IMG/VR virus record: IMGVR_UViG_3300020045_017368
Coordinates: 1-24,426 of that record
Source: a virus
Taxonomy: Duplodnaviria > Caudoviricetes
Strand: one strand, 5' to 3'
Length of the DNA stretch: 24,426 nucleotides
Shown here piece after piece: positions 8,565 to 17,252 of this stretch; positions within the stretch are counted from its first letter, which is position 1, and every line of letters begins with the position of its first letter. Under the pieces are notes generated by a model. It did no database searches. It was not told the origin of the DNA and saw only the letters and a list, made by a program, of their open reading frames with translations. Both the position numbers and the translations under genes were made by a program.

Positions 8565-11489
8565 ATGGCTCTTGATTGGGATATTCTCCTGGATGGCGTG
8601 TCGGTTAAGGATCAAATCGCAAGTTTCCAGATCCGTGAAAGCAAGGGGGCCTATGCCCGGGAGTTGACGCTGTTTGCTGCGGATGCCTCTTTTTATACTC
8701 AGTTTGATTTCACGGTATTCCCTAAGCTTCGGGTTGAGGTGAAGACAAAGACCGGCGCGACGTGGATATCCCAGGGCAAATTTTACATTGAGCAGCCTGT
8801 GCTTACAACTGATCCTTATTCGATGATCAGCCAGGGTATATGGGGCCGGTCTGAAACGGCTAAAATCGGATCCCCGTGGGCCGTGAAAGTGTCTAAAGAG
8901 TGGTCATCAGACACAACATGCCAGGCCATCATGACTGAAATGGCGGATCTGTGCGGGCTGACAATAAATTTTGAAACCGCTGATTATGTTGTTTACGGCG
9001 GTACCTATGCCGTTGATGGTGTTTATCCGATAGATGTGATCTCAGAGATCGCCGGGTTTACCGGGGATTATGTGGGGTGCAGCACATCCGGTGCGCTTGT
9101 GATAAAATCCAATGTGTTTCATCCGTCTGCGGCAGATCATACGATAACAGATGTGGATATCTCTGGAATCAGTGAAAGCATAGAATACCCTGAATTCGGG
9201 AATCGGATATTAATAAGCGCGGCTGGTGGGAATGCGTCATACTCTGTGGAACTTGTTGTGCTTGACGGGACTGATTGTCTGCCGGCAGACGGGGTGTCGT
9301 CTGGTACTGTCCTTGCGTTTGTCACGGACCAGGACGGGCAGCCGGCAAATAATGTCAGTGTGGATTGGACGGCAGAATCCGGGATTACCGTAGACAAGGC
9401 CGTTACCGTCACAGGGGATTATCTGATTGATAAAGAGACCGTAAATGCGGATAATTATTACAAGCTTACGGTTGCTTATCCGGTTAGCGACGTAATTGGG
9501 ATTTGGAAATATTCCGATACGTCACATAGAAACAATTTATGGGACGCATCAAAAGAGGGGTGTGTGTTCGAAGGCAATGAGATTATTGTCAATGATCCGT
9601 TCATTTATTGTGACCAAACGCTGGTTGTCTCATATATTACATCAGGCTGTGCAATAAATACGGTAACCGCAGGGAATCAGTCTTTTGACGTTGCCGTGAC
9701 CGCTGATGTCGGTGGTGTTCAAAGTTCGATCGACATTAAACTTGGGAATTCCTGTGCATGTGGTTCAGAACTTAGTGTTAGGGCTGGATCGGATCAGGTT
9801 TGTTTCGGGAATTACACAAATATCCTGGTGGCAGCAACAATAAATAATGAACCCGCCTTAGGGCATATTGTCAAGCTGGAAGGAGATGAAGGCTGCGGAG
9901 AGCAAGAGTCATGGGCCAGCACACTTGGATATGTCAATGTCTATGCGGAGATAGCGACTGTTTTTAATGTCATACCAAGTGTTTCCCAGATTAAGACATC
10001 TATGCCTATTTCGGATTCACATCCAGCCCCACGAGTGTATAGATTATCTAGCATAAACCCAGACAGATATTCCAGTCACGAAGGGCAGACAATTGACCTG
10101 AGTTATGTATATGAAACGGGCGTTGAACTGCTGGTATATTATACAGCGGCCGGAGCGGCTACTTTCAGGTGGAAGCCTGGAGGGTCTGTAATCACAAGCG
10201 AAGATACAGAGCTATACGGTGGCGGATGCAGCTCTGAAATCACGGTAACGATGGCTGACGGCACTGAACAGGGGTTATCAACATCTATAACCATGTCGTC
10301 AATAGATTGTACTGTTGTCACAGATGATGACCCAGAAATACCGGAAGATGACGACGATGACCCATTACCAGAACCAGACCCAGAAGAGCCAGACCCGTTT
10401 TTTCCTGTTGAACCAATTGGCGGGCTGGACGGCGGTGATGACGGCGGCGGAGACATAGGAGATGGTGATGGCGGTGACATAGGAGACGGATACCCTGAAG
10501 GCAGTGATTCGGATGGGGATGGTCAATTCCCCGGGGAAGGTAGCGGGGTTATTTCCCCAGATAGCAGCGCGACTGATAGTGATGATTCAGGTGATTCCAG
10601 CGAAGATGGAAGCGAGCCGGAAGCAGGGTCAAGCCCTCTGGGTGAAGGTGATGGAGAATCCGGGGACACGTCAGGAGGATTAGTGACCGCATGCGACAGC
10701 GCTATTTTGACAAAAATAACGAATTACGACAGCATCATTGGGGATGAGGAGAAAGAAAAACTCCGGTACGGATATCAAACCTCAGATGATTGTGCGAATG
10801 GGTTTGCATGCGAATGCTCTGAACTGTGCGAATCTGAAATGTATGAAAAAGGCAACACCTACGATTATTCTAAAACGATACACGAACAAGCGTTAGAAAC
10901 TGGAGAACAAAACAGCCCGGCATATAATGAAGCTTATGAGCAGCTGAAAAGTGATCATTTATCAGAGTGTGAATCGAATTGTGAAGGTGCAAGAAATGGG
11001 TTTTGCGGGGATTGCGAAATTTCAGGCCCTGATGTCTTATCCCCTGGAGAATCAGCTGAATATGTTTGCAGTGATGGCACGACAGCTATTATCACGATGC
11101 CAGAAGGGGCATGCGGTACACAAACTTTTAATGTCGGTTGTTGTGCTTTTGAGGTGAGATCGACAAATGGTGTTTGGAAGATAACAGATTCAGATTCAAC
11201 ATGCGCAATACCTTCTACCACTGGCTGCTCAGCAACTGGGAATAGCGGAGCAACTTATTGTAATTATGAGTTTATTGAAGGAGGGTCAAAGAAAACAGGA
11301 AGGGTTGCTAAATTTTGCCATGAAGGCACAGAAGAATCCTTTTACACCGATTGGTGTACAGCGTATAGGGATAAACCTTGTAATGGAGCTACTGAATGCA
11401 CCCCGGAAAATTGCGAAAGCAATCCAAGTTCTCAAGAAATATATCAATTTAGAGTACAAAGCGTCAATTATGAATGGGTATGCTCATGA
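8565..11489 (+). CDS. Tail tip/hub protein with Ig-like segments, acidic low-complexity linker and Cys-rich C-terminus (974 aa)
   Basis: N-terminal ~220 aa is hub-like (GKFYIEQP...FGNRILISA). LPADGVSSGTVLAFVTDQDGQPANNVSVDW resembles invasin Big-1 Ig domains. D/E/G/P-rich at ~10320-10680. 22 Cys counted in the last ~265 aa. Confidence 0.65.
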   Translation: MALDWDILLDGVSVKDQIASFQIRESKGAYARELTLFAADASFYTQFDFTVFPKLRVEVKTKTGATWISQGKFYIEQPVLTTDPYSMISQGIWGRSETAKIGSPWAVKVSKEWSSDTTCQAIMTEMADLCGLTINFETADYVVYGGTYAVDGVYPIDVISEIAGFTGDYVGCSTSGALVIKSNVFHPSAADHTITDVDISGISESIEYPEFGNRILISAAGGNASYSVELVVLDGTDCLPADGVSSGTVLAFVTDQDGQPANNVSVDWTAESGITVDKAVTVTGDYLIDKETVNADNYYKLTVAYPVSDVIGIWKYSDTSHRNNLWDASKEGCVFEGNEIIVNDPFIYCDQTLVVSYITSGCAINTVTAGNQSFDVAVTADVGGVQSSIDIKLGNSCACGSELSVRAGSDQVCFGNYTNILVAATINNEPALGHIVKLEGDEGCGEQESWASTLGYVNVYAEIATVFNVIPSVSQIKTSMPISDSHPAPRVYRLSSINPDRYSSHEGQTIDLSYVYETGVELLVYYTAAGAATFRWKPGGSVITSEDTELYGGGCSSEITVTMADGTEQGLSTSITMSSIDCTVVTDDDPEIPEDDDDDPLPEPDPEEPDPFFPVEPIGGLDGGDDGGGDIGDGDGGDIGDGYPEGSDSDGDGQFPGEGSGVISPDSSATDSDDSGDSSEDGSEPEAGSSPLGEGDGESGDTSGGLVTACDSAILTKITNYDSIIGDEEKEKLRYGYQTSDDCANGFACECSELCESEMYEKGNTYDYSKTIHEQALETGEQNSPAYNEAYEQLKSDHLSECESNCEGARNGFCGDCEISGPDVLSPGESAEYVCSDGTTAIITMPEGACGTQTFNVGCCAFEVRSTNGVWKITDSDSTCAIPSTTGCSATGNSGATYCNYEFIEGGSKKTGRVAKFCHEGTEESFYTDWCTAYRDKPCNGATECTPENCESNPSSQEIYQFRVQSVNYEWVCS
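10446..10490 (+). repeat. Imperfect 24-bp tandem repeat encoding GGDIGDG(D) x2
   Basis: GGCGGAGACATAGGAGATGGTGAT / GGCGGTGACATAGGAGACGGA. Confidence 0.85.
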
Positions 11490-11926
11490 AAACACAAGAC
11501 AAACAACTCCTTTCAATTTTGCAGGCGTATGACAAGAATATGGTTTTAAAAGCATACGATCTATATAGAAACGGCATTGACAATATTGAAAAAGACTTGA
11601 TTGCAGAAGGATGGCAGGAAGTTACTGACAAACCTGAAAATAAGGAATTTTATCATATAAATGATAAATATTGGGTGCAGCCAGAGGCTGTCAGGAAACA
11701 GCAAATTAAGGATACTGTAAATGGATTACAGCAAAAACAAAATCGAGCATCAAAGCCAAGTAAGAGAAAACAGAACATGGACTTGAAACAGGTGCCAGTG
11801 CTTTGCCCACAGTGTCATGGGAAAATGTATAAACAGAACGTATGCGGTGGGTGTTCCGCCGGGAAAGCTGGATATAAAATAAGGTTATTTTGCGAAAATG
11901 ACCCAGACCATGAAATTTTATTATAA
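11486..11926 (+). CDS. Hypothetical protein with C-terminal Zn-ribbon-like motif
   Basis: ATGA overlap with the previous stop favours a start at 11486; CPQC...CGGC...C-x4-H. Confidence 0.6.
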   Translation: MKTQDKQLLSILQAYDKNMVLKAYDLYRNGIDNIEKDLIAEGWQEVTDKPENKEFYHINDKYWVQPEAVRKQQIKDTVNGLQQKQNRASKPSKRKQNMDLKQVPVLCPQCHGKMYKQNVCGGCSAGKAGYKIRLFCENDPDHEILL

Positions 11927-11945
11927 TGAAATTTAGGTTTTAAAT

Positions 11946-13028
11946 ATGGCGACAATAACAGAGCCAGCGATACATCTTAGGTTTGACAATAATTTATTAG
12001 ATGAATCTGATAATAATGTTCAAGTTTCAGTTGATACTGGGTCTGCATTTTATGAAACAAGTGTAAGCACTTCTTTTGATAATGCTTTTACTTTCAATAG
12101 TTCGAATTCATTACGTTTTTCAAATCATTCAGGATTTTCTGTTGGTACTGGGAATTTTACATGGGCATTTTGGTTTAAATCAAGCATTGCTAATAATGAT
12201 AAATTTATTATTGAAGGCAGGGCAGCTTGGGGCACTCTTCACATAACGACTGGAGGATATAACTCACCCGCCGGTGTTATACGATACGTTGGTTCAAGTA
12301 CAATTTTGGGTAGCACAGTACTTAATGATGATAACTGGCATCATATTGCAATAGTGCGTAATAGCGGAATGGTTACTATTTTTCTTGATGGGGTTTCAGA
12401 CGGATCTGGGACGGATACAAAAAATTATTCGTCTGGTTTAGGAACTTGGTATATTGGCAAAAATTCGTATGGTGGCAATCAAATTACTGGTTCTATGGAT
12501 GAATTTATTTTTGCGACATACGCTGTTTATACATCAGAATTTACACCTCCTGACTCTCCATATAATACAAGTAATGAAGGCTTGTACGATATAGCCATGG
12601 ATATCAAACTATTTCAAGAAAAAACAAATAACGCTTCAGTTGACATCCATGCAGCGATCTGGTCAATGGCAGGAATCAATTTAGATTGTCATACAGCATT
12701 CCAGTCAATATCAGATACGATTGTGGACATTGACACTCTTGGAGAACGCATCAAAAATCAAAAGATAGATATATCTGTCGGGTCTCTTGGAATAGATAAT
12801 TTAATGCTTCCCATGCAGATTGCAAAGCAGTTGTTTAAAAATTCTTTTTTAGATATTTTTTTGACTGACGGTATAACAAGACAAAATGCATCCATGGATG
12901 TTGCAGTTTCTGACGGAAGCAAAAAAGAAAACATAGGATTATATATTATGGCAGTTACGTCAAGGCCTGAATTTAGATATGTGTACGCAATGAATTTAAG
13001 CAGTGTAATTAAGGAGATCGCTTCATGA
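11946..13028 (+). CDS. LamG/concanavalin-A-like domain protein, probable receptor-binding/tail protein
   Basis: GNFTWAFWFK, LNDDNWHHIAIVRNSGMVTIFLDG, GSMDEF and AVYTSEFTPP are typical phage LamG-domain motifs. Confidence 0.85.
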   Translation: MATITEPAIHLRFDNNLLDESDNNVQVSVDTGSAFYETSVSTSFDNAFTFNSSNSLRFSNHSGFSVGTGNFTWAFWFKSSIANNDKFIIEGRAAWGTLHITTGGYNSPAGVIRYVGSSTILGSTVLNDDNWHHIAIVRNSGMVTIFLDGVSDGSGTDTKNYSSGLGTWYIGKNSYGGNQITGSMDEFIFATYAVYTSEFTPPDSPYNTSNEGLYDIAMDIKLFQEKTNNASVDIHAAIWSMAGINLDCHTAFQSISDTIVDIDTLGERIKNQKIDISVGSLGIDNLMLPMQIAKQLFKNSFLDIFLTDGITRQNASMDVAVSDGSKKENIGLYIMAVTSRPEFRYVYAMNLSSVIKEIAS

Positions 13029-13684
13029 CACAGCCGAATACTTATTGGCTTTTCAATAATACAACAAACGACGGAACAAATACCGGTAATGCAACAGGTG
13101 GGGCCGGTGGATCATCATCAAATTGGGTTGTGATGGATCTGGCAAACGACGCATTGGCATGGTGTTCTGAGCAGCAAACTGACGGGGATGATGTTTCAGG
13201 GACACGGTATCCGGTTGTTATCCCTGATTCGGGGAGCAATGAGGCTGAAAAGACTTTTGTAAAAGACAATTCAGCGGCAATTTTTGACCAGGTACCGCTT
13301 GCCGGGACAACTGCCGGTGGGCAGTCTGGTGGTGACAAGAGATATGTTTTTGCGATCTATTTTGACGGGGCAACAGCGGGAATTCCTTATCTTGAGGCTT
13401 GGGATTCCAGCGCGCATGAAACCGCCACAAATAATTTTCTTGGTGGTGGAACGGCTGCTAATTCGTCTATACGTGCGATTACGACAACCAATGCAGCGCC
13501 GGGCTCTGCAACATGGGCAGGTACCCCATTGGCTGGAACAGGTTCAAGGATCGAACTTGACACCGCTGCGTTATCTACCGCAAAAAATCTCTATTTCAAT
13601 ATCAAGCAGCTGGTAACCAACGGCACTCATACGCCTGGCAGCTCCACCGCGCTTGTTTTGACATTGAGGTATCTTTACTCATGA
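13025..13684 (+). CDS. Virion structural protein (Gly/Thr/Ala-rich beta protein)
   Basis: AAGGAG RBS, ATGA coupling, composition and location in the tail module. Confidence 0.55.
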   Translation: MTQPNTYWLFNNTTNDGTNTGNATGGAGGSSSNWVVMDLANDALAWCSEQQTDGDDVSGTRYPVVIPDSGSNEAEKTFVKDNSAAIFDQVPLAGTTAGGQSGGDKRYVFAIYFDGATAGIPYLEAWDSSAHETATNNFLGGGTAANSSIRAITTTNAAPGSATWAGTPLAGTGSRIELDTAALSTAKNLYFNIKQLVTNGTHTPGSSTALVLTLRYLYS

Positions 13685-14091
13685 AATATACCGTAACATT
13701 TGATGACGGCATTGTTTATACCTCTCCGGATATTATGTCATGTGATCCCGGGTGGGCGTCTGAAAACGATGAAAAACGCACCGGGATCAGAGAGGTAAGT
13801 ATTAAATTGCCGGGTGGTAAAAGGCTGATATTGAAAGGATTTGAAAGGTACAATTTTTTCGTTGAAGCGTCACAGGCGTTAGGCGGAAAATGTGGGGCCA
13901 GGATTGAATCGTTTTTTTTCTGCGGGGCGTGGAAAGGATATGTGGTGCTGTGGGAAATCAATCACAGAACCAGGCAGATTTTTAAGCGTATGTCCAGAGA
14001 CGGCAAAGAGTATCACGGCACAGCCACCCGGGGGTGGCGTATTGGCTTAATGGGCGAAAAAGCTGAGAGCGGTATATGTCATTTAGTATAA
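13681..14091 (+). CDS. Hypothetical protein
   Basis: ATGA-coupled 136-aa ORF in the late operon with GAGG upstream. Confidence 0.6.
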   Translation: MKYTVTFDDGIVYTSPDIMSCDPGWASENDEKRTGIREVSIKLPGGKRLILKGFERYNFFVEASQALGGKCGARIESFFFCGAWKGYVVLWEINHRTRQIFKRMSRDGKEYHGTATRGWRIGLMGEKAESGICHLV

Positions 14092-14657
14092 CAGGGTGGA
14101 ATATAGATCCTAATCAGGATTGGTACTGCAAATTATCTGATTCCGGTACCGACATCCTTGTTGAATTGTACACCACCCAGGCAGATGCAGAGGCCGGGGA
14201 AAATTTGACGGCATCCGGGTCAACTGATTTTGGGATTGGCTCAGATGTCGTACTGGTGATGGATGCCGGAGGAGCCCCTGAAATATCACTGTTTGATGCA
14301 GAAACAACATATCATCTAAAAATATCCGGGCAGGATGCCGATGAAACGAAAATTTTTCATGTCTCTCCATTTGTTGACTTGCCAGGTATAACTCACGGAA
14401 TTTATCAGTCAGAAGGGATGATCTCTCCAAGGGCATCATATGAAATTAATGCGCATACTCACACCTCAAAAATAAAAAGCATTGGTATTGCCAATCACAT
14501 ACCGGCCATGCAAGCAGGTGATGTTTTGCGGATCCAATCCACCCGTCTTGCTGTAGATGTTTTAACCGAAATCACAGACTTAACCATATCAGGCACAACG
14601 GACAGCCTTGTGAACACAGTTGAAACAATTGAATATGTCGATTTGTCAAGGGAGTGA
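14076..14657 (+). CDS. Tail protein; C-terminus resembles the last beta domain of hub (gpD/Tal-like) proteins
   Basis: IPAMQAGDVLRIQSTRL...ITDLTISG...VNTVETIEY pattern; overlaps both neighbours. Confidence 0.45.
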   Translation: MSFSITGWNIDPNQDWYCKLSDSGTDILVELYTTQADAEAGENLTASGSTDFGIGSDVVLVMDAGGAPEISLFDAETTYHLKISGQDADETKIFHVSPFVDLPGITHGIYQSEGMISPRASYEINAHTHTSKIKSIGIANHIPAMQAGDVLRIQSTRLAVDVLTEITDLTISGTTDSLVNTVETIEYVDLSRE

Positions 14658-14935
14658 TGTTTATGGATATTCTAAAGCAATTTGATTCAAAAAAATCTGC
14701 AGACAGTTATGTCATGGGCCGAGTTACGGCCGCGTCAGGAATAAAACTGACAATTATAACGACGACGGGCATGCAAATAAACATCACCGAGACATCTTCT
14801 GTTTATAAAGTAGGGGATCAGCTTGTTTTAGGTCAACAAAATGGAAATCTGAAAAATCTTTTCATTATCCGCAAAGTCAGTAATTTATTCCCGGCGTCAG
14901 GCGGGAATCTCATCATATCAACAGGGCATGGATAG
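14654..14935 (+). CDS. Small OB-fold spike-like protein (putative)
   Basis: GRVTAASG...YKVGDQLVLG...FIIRKV resembles the N-terminal OB fold of gpV/gp45-type proteins. Confidence 0.4.
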   Translation: MMFMDILKQFDSKKSADSYVMGRVTAASGIKLTIITTTGMQINITETSSVYKVGDQLVLGQQNGNLKNLFIIRKVSNLFPASGGNLIISTGHG

Positions 14936-14992
14936 TGGCATGTGCATGACCGAGCATGATTCATACTGCTACAATTTATTGGGGGTAGATGG

Positions 14993-15409
14993 TTGATAAA
15001 ATTTTTTATTTATATGTCCTTCACCAGCGTTGCCATGCAATTTTTTTTAATGGCTATGGCAATTGCTAATGTTGTTGGCCAGGGACCTGCACCGCCATTG
15101 CAGTGGACCACTGAATCTGCGCTGATAAGTATTGGACGTGTCGTTATCACTGTCTTGGTCGCTATAATTGGATGGATGGTAAAAAGGCAACTTGATGCCA
15201 TCCTGCACAGCCTGGAGGTGTTGGGCACTAAACAGGCAACTTGCAGGGAAGATCTTCCTGGCCGGTATGCTGACAAGGAACACACAGCGCAAAATTTTAA
15301 AGAGATTTATGGCCGGATAGACCGGCACGACAAGCTGCTTGAACGGCACTGTGTTCTGATTGGCGGCCGTCGTGCTGGGGATTTGGTATCCTCCGACGGA
15401 CAGGATTAA
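14993..15409 (+). CDS. Holin-like membrane protein
   Basis: Two hydrophobic segments then a charged tail; directly upstream of the endolysin. Start codon uncertain. Confidence 0.55.
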   Translation: MIKFFIYMSFTSVAMQFFLMAMAIANVVGQGPAPPLQWTTESALISIGRVVITVLVAIIGWMVKRQLDAILHSLEVLGTKQATCREDLPGRYADKEHTAQNFKEIYGRIDRHDKLLERHCVLIGGRRAGDLVSSDGQD

Positions 15410-15412
15410 TAC

Positions 15413-15787
15413 ATGGACTATGCAAATATTAAAAACAATCGAAAAGCTTTTTTAACCATGATTGCCATTGCTGAGGGTACTGCTCACCTTGGTGATAATG
15501 GATACAATGTTTTGGTTGGAGGCTCCTTGTTTACCGGGTATGATGACCACCCTCGTAAAGCAATTTACTTACCAAAATACAAAATAAAATCCACGGCAGC
15601 TGGCAGATACCAAATTTTATCCAGGTATTACGATTTTTATAAAAAACTGCTGAAGTTAAAAGACTTCTCTCCTGCAAGTCAGGACGCCATAGCGATCCAG
15701 ATGATCAAAGAACAGCGAGCATTGCAAGATGTCGATGATGGTAAACTTGATGCTGCTGTTGAGAAGGTAAGTAATATCTGGGCAAGT
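15413..15787 (+). pseudogene. Lambda R-type endolysin (lytic transglycosylase), C-terminally truncated and fused in frame to an integrase fragment
   Basis: RKAFLTMIAIAEGT...GYNVLVGG...DHPRK...STAAGRYQIL...DFSPASQD...SNIWAS closely parallels lambda R; the expected LPGAGYGQ-like end is absent. Confidence 0.9.
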
Positions 15788-15970
15788 ATGCTGATGAGAG
15801 AGGGTGTGGACCCAAGAACGATTCAGGATATTTTGGGGCACTCAAATTTTAAAACAACAGAAATCTATTTGCACTCTTTTGGAGGATCAAATCAAGAGGC
15901 AATGGATAAACTGGAAAAGAAATTAAATTGGTCGGAAAACATGGTCAAATTCGAAAAGTCCCAGACTTGA
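15782..15970 (+). pseudogene. int: C-terminal fragment of tyrosine integrase (box II LGH...Y), inverted relative to the rest of int
   Basis: ASMLMREGVDPRTIQDILGHSNFKTTEIYLH carries the LGH and catalytic Tyr motif; arm repeats and the att core follow directly. Confidence 0.9.
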
Positions 15971-15980
15971 GCCCCAGACT

Positions 15981-16018
15981 AAAAGGAAAAGGGCCTGTGC
16001 CCAGAAGCTAAGACCCTT
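15981..16018 (-). terminator. Rho-independent terminator downstream of the tRNA 3' fragment
   Basis: Minus strand AAGGGTCT-N14-AGGCCCTT-TTCCTTTT: a stem with one G-U pair followed by a U-rich tail. Confidence 0.55.
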
Positions 16019-16026
16019 ATCAATTA

Positions 16027-16071
16027 TGGCGCGCCCGAGACGATTCGAACGTCCGGCCTACGGATTAGAAG
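16027..16071 (-). tRNA. 3' half of tRNA-Arg(TCT), the att core; not a complete tRNA
   Basis: Minus strand CTTCTAA-TCCGT-AGGCC-GGACG-TTCGAAT-CGTCT-CGGGCGC-GCCA gives anticodon loop, T arm, acceptor 3' strand and CCA. The 5' half is missing. Confidence 0.9.
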
Positions 16072-16213
16072 ACTGTAGCCGTATATTTTGTAAATCCTTA
16101 ACGCACATACATCCCATTACCACAAAGGCTTTGCTGGTTTATTTAATCTGCCAGACAAGCACTATTCTACATATATTTTCTAAAAAGTCACAGACCAAAT
16201 CCCAGACCCCTTT

Positions 16214-17074
16214 TTAAGCGTAAACTCTTCTATCATCATACAATGAAATATGTGCATCGTAAAAAAACAACCTGCCGAAGTATCTGACTGCACGGTCATA
16301 TTTTAAAATGCGCCGCATCCTGAGCCATTTGGTATTATTCCCGTCAAGCCTTCTGAGCAAAGCGTCACGCAGGGTTTTAGTCATCATTATTTTTCTCGGG
16401 GTAAGATTCCCGGACCTTGATTTTCTGGTATACAATGTCACGGTGCCGTTTTCAAAATCAACGTCATCCCATACCATTCGGTTAACTTCACTCATCCTTG
16501 CAAGGGTTAGTGCAATGGTCCAAAGATAATCCTGAGTCTCCCCGGAAGATGCTAAAAGCACGGCAATAACATCTTGTAGAGGCGGGACGTATTTGTTCCT
16601 GGATTCGACCCTGAAAAATTCAAGATCATCTGTTGGGTTGTACATAAACCATCGGTTTGGCTTTTTAATACCCCAGTTAAACATTGCTTTCAGGCTGATT
16701 AACTCTTTATTTGCCTGATTTGCGGATACCGATTTGTTGACGGACAGCAGATATTGTTGGACCATCCTCGGTGTTATTTGGTGAACGTCTTTATCGTTCC
16801 ATAACTTGATCCATTTTTTAGCAAGGTAAACCGTGTCTGTATAATGCCGTTTCCCTCTATAGGCATCAAGAAAATCCAGACGTCTGTTACATAGCTCCAA
16901 GAAGGCCATGTCTGTTTGCTCTGGCTTTTTCGGTTTCTTTATCTCCTTTTTTCTTTCGGCCTCTTCGGCCAGTGCTGTCTTCTTGGTCTGGAACCCGGCT
17001 CCCGTGTACCTCTTCTTCTGGTACTGGAAGTCGTATTCCCACCATCCCCTCCGTTGATTGAAAGATACGCTCAT
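16214..17074 (-). pseudogene. int: Tyrosine integrase, N-terminal ~250 aa; integrase-like sequence stops near 16325
   Basis: Arm-binding N-terminus (WEYDFQYQKKRYTGAGFQTKKTA), core-binding region, catalytic Arg (TLARMSEV) and Lys (TRKSR). The HxxR motif is absent and the last ~36 codons are unrelated. Confidence 0.88.
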
Positions 17075-17252
17075 ATATTTTCTCCTTTGACGGAAAGAAT
17101 ATGGAGCCGCCTATTTTCGCACCGCCAAGTAACTTGAAGTTGTTGTATACCCATGAAGAGGACACAGGCAGCCACTTGACGATATCCTTAACGCACATCA
17201 CTTCCATATCATGGGCATCTTGGTTTGTGAAGTTTGGCAGCTGTCTTGTCAT
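16887..17252 (-). CDS. Excisionase-like HTH protein overlapping the int 5' end by 188 nt
   Basis: MCVKDIVKWLPVSSSWVY...KIGGSIFF is a Xis/MerR-like winged-helix pattern; position directly upstream of int. Confidence 0.65.
   Translation of the reverse strand: MTRQLPNFTNQDAHDMEVMCVKDIVKWLPVSSSWVYNNFKLLGGAKIGGSIFFPSKEKIYERIFQSTEGMVGIRLPVPEEEVHGSRVPDQEDSTGRRGRKKKGDKETEKARANRHGLLGAM

Larger units (their letters stand above)
15954..16208. mobile_element. attP site: tRNA-derived core flanked on both sides by integrase arm-type direct repeats (consensus ~CCCAGAC)
   Basis: Left: AAAAGTCCCAGACT (15954-15967) and GCCCCAGACT (15971-15980). Right: TGCCAGACA (16149-16157), AAAAGTCACAGACC (16183-16196) and ATCCCAGACC (16199-16208). 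Confidence 0.8.

Noticed and set aside
8565-13028. Diversity-generating retroelement target in the tail genes
   Set aside because: No reverse transcriptase and no TR/VR pair differing at adenines was seen in this window.
15413-15970. A genuine novel lysozyme-recombinase fusion enzyme
   Set aside because: Both parts are truncated, the rest of int lies inverted 350 bp away, and a second fold-back junction exists in the same window. Rearrangement or chimera explains it better.
16027-16100. Complete phage-encoded tRNA-Arg
   Set aside because: No D arm or 5' acceptor strand; similarity ends at the anticodon loop.
16026-16217. 63-aa ORF MARPRRFERPAYGLE...
   Set aside because: It is the antisense reading of the tRNA fragment and att arms, a common spurious call.
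15785-16324. Programmed invertible segment (shufflon/phase variation)
   Set aside because: No inverted repeats shared by the two junctions are evident, and sequence is lost at both ends, so simple re-inversion would not restore either gene.
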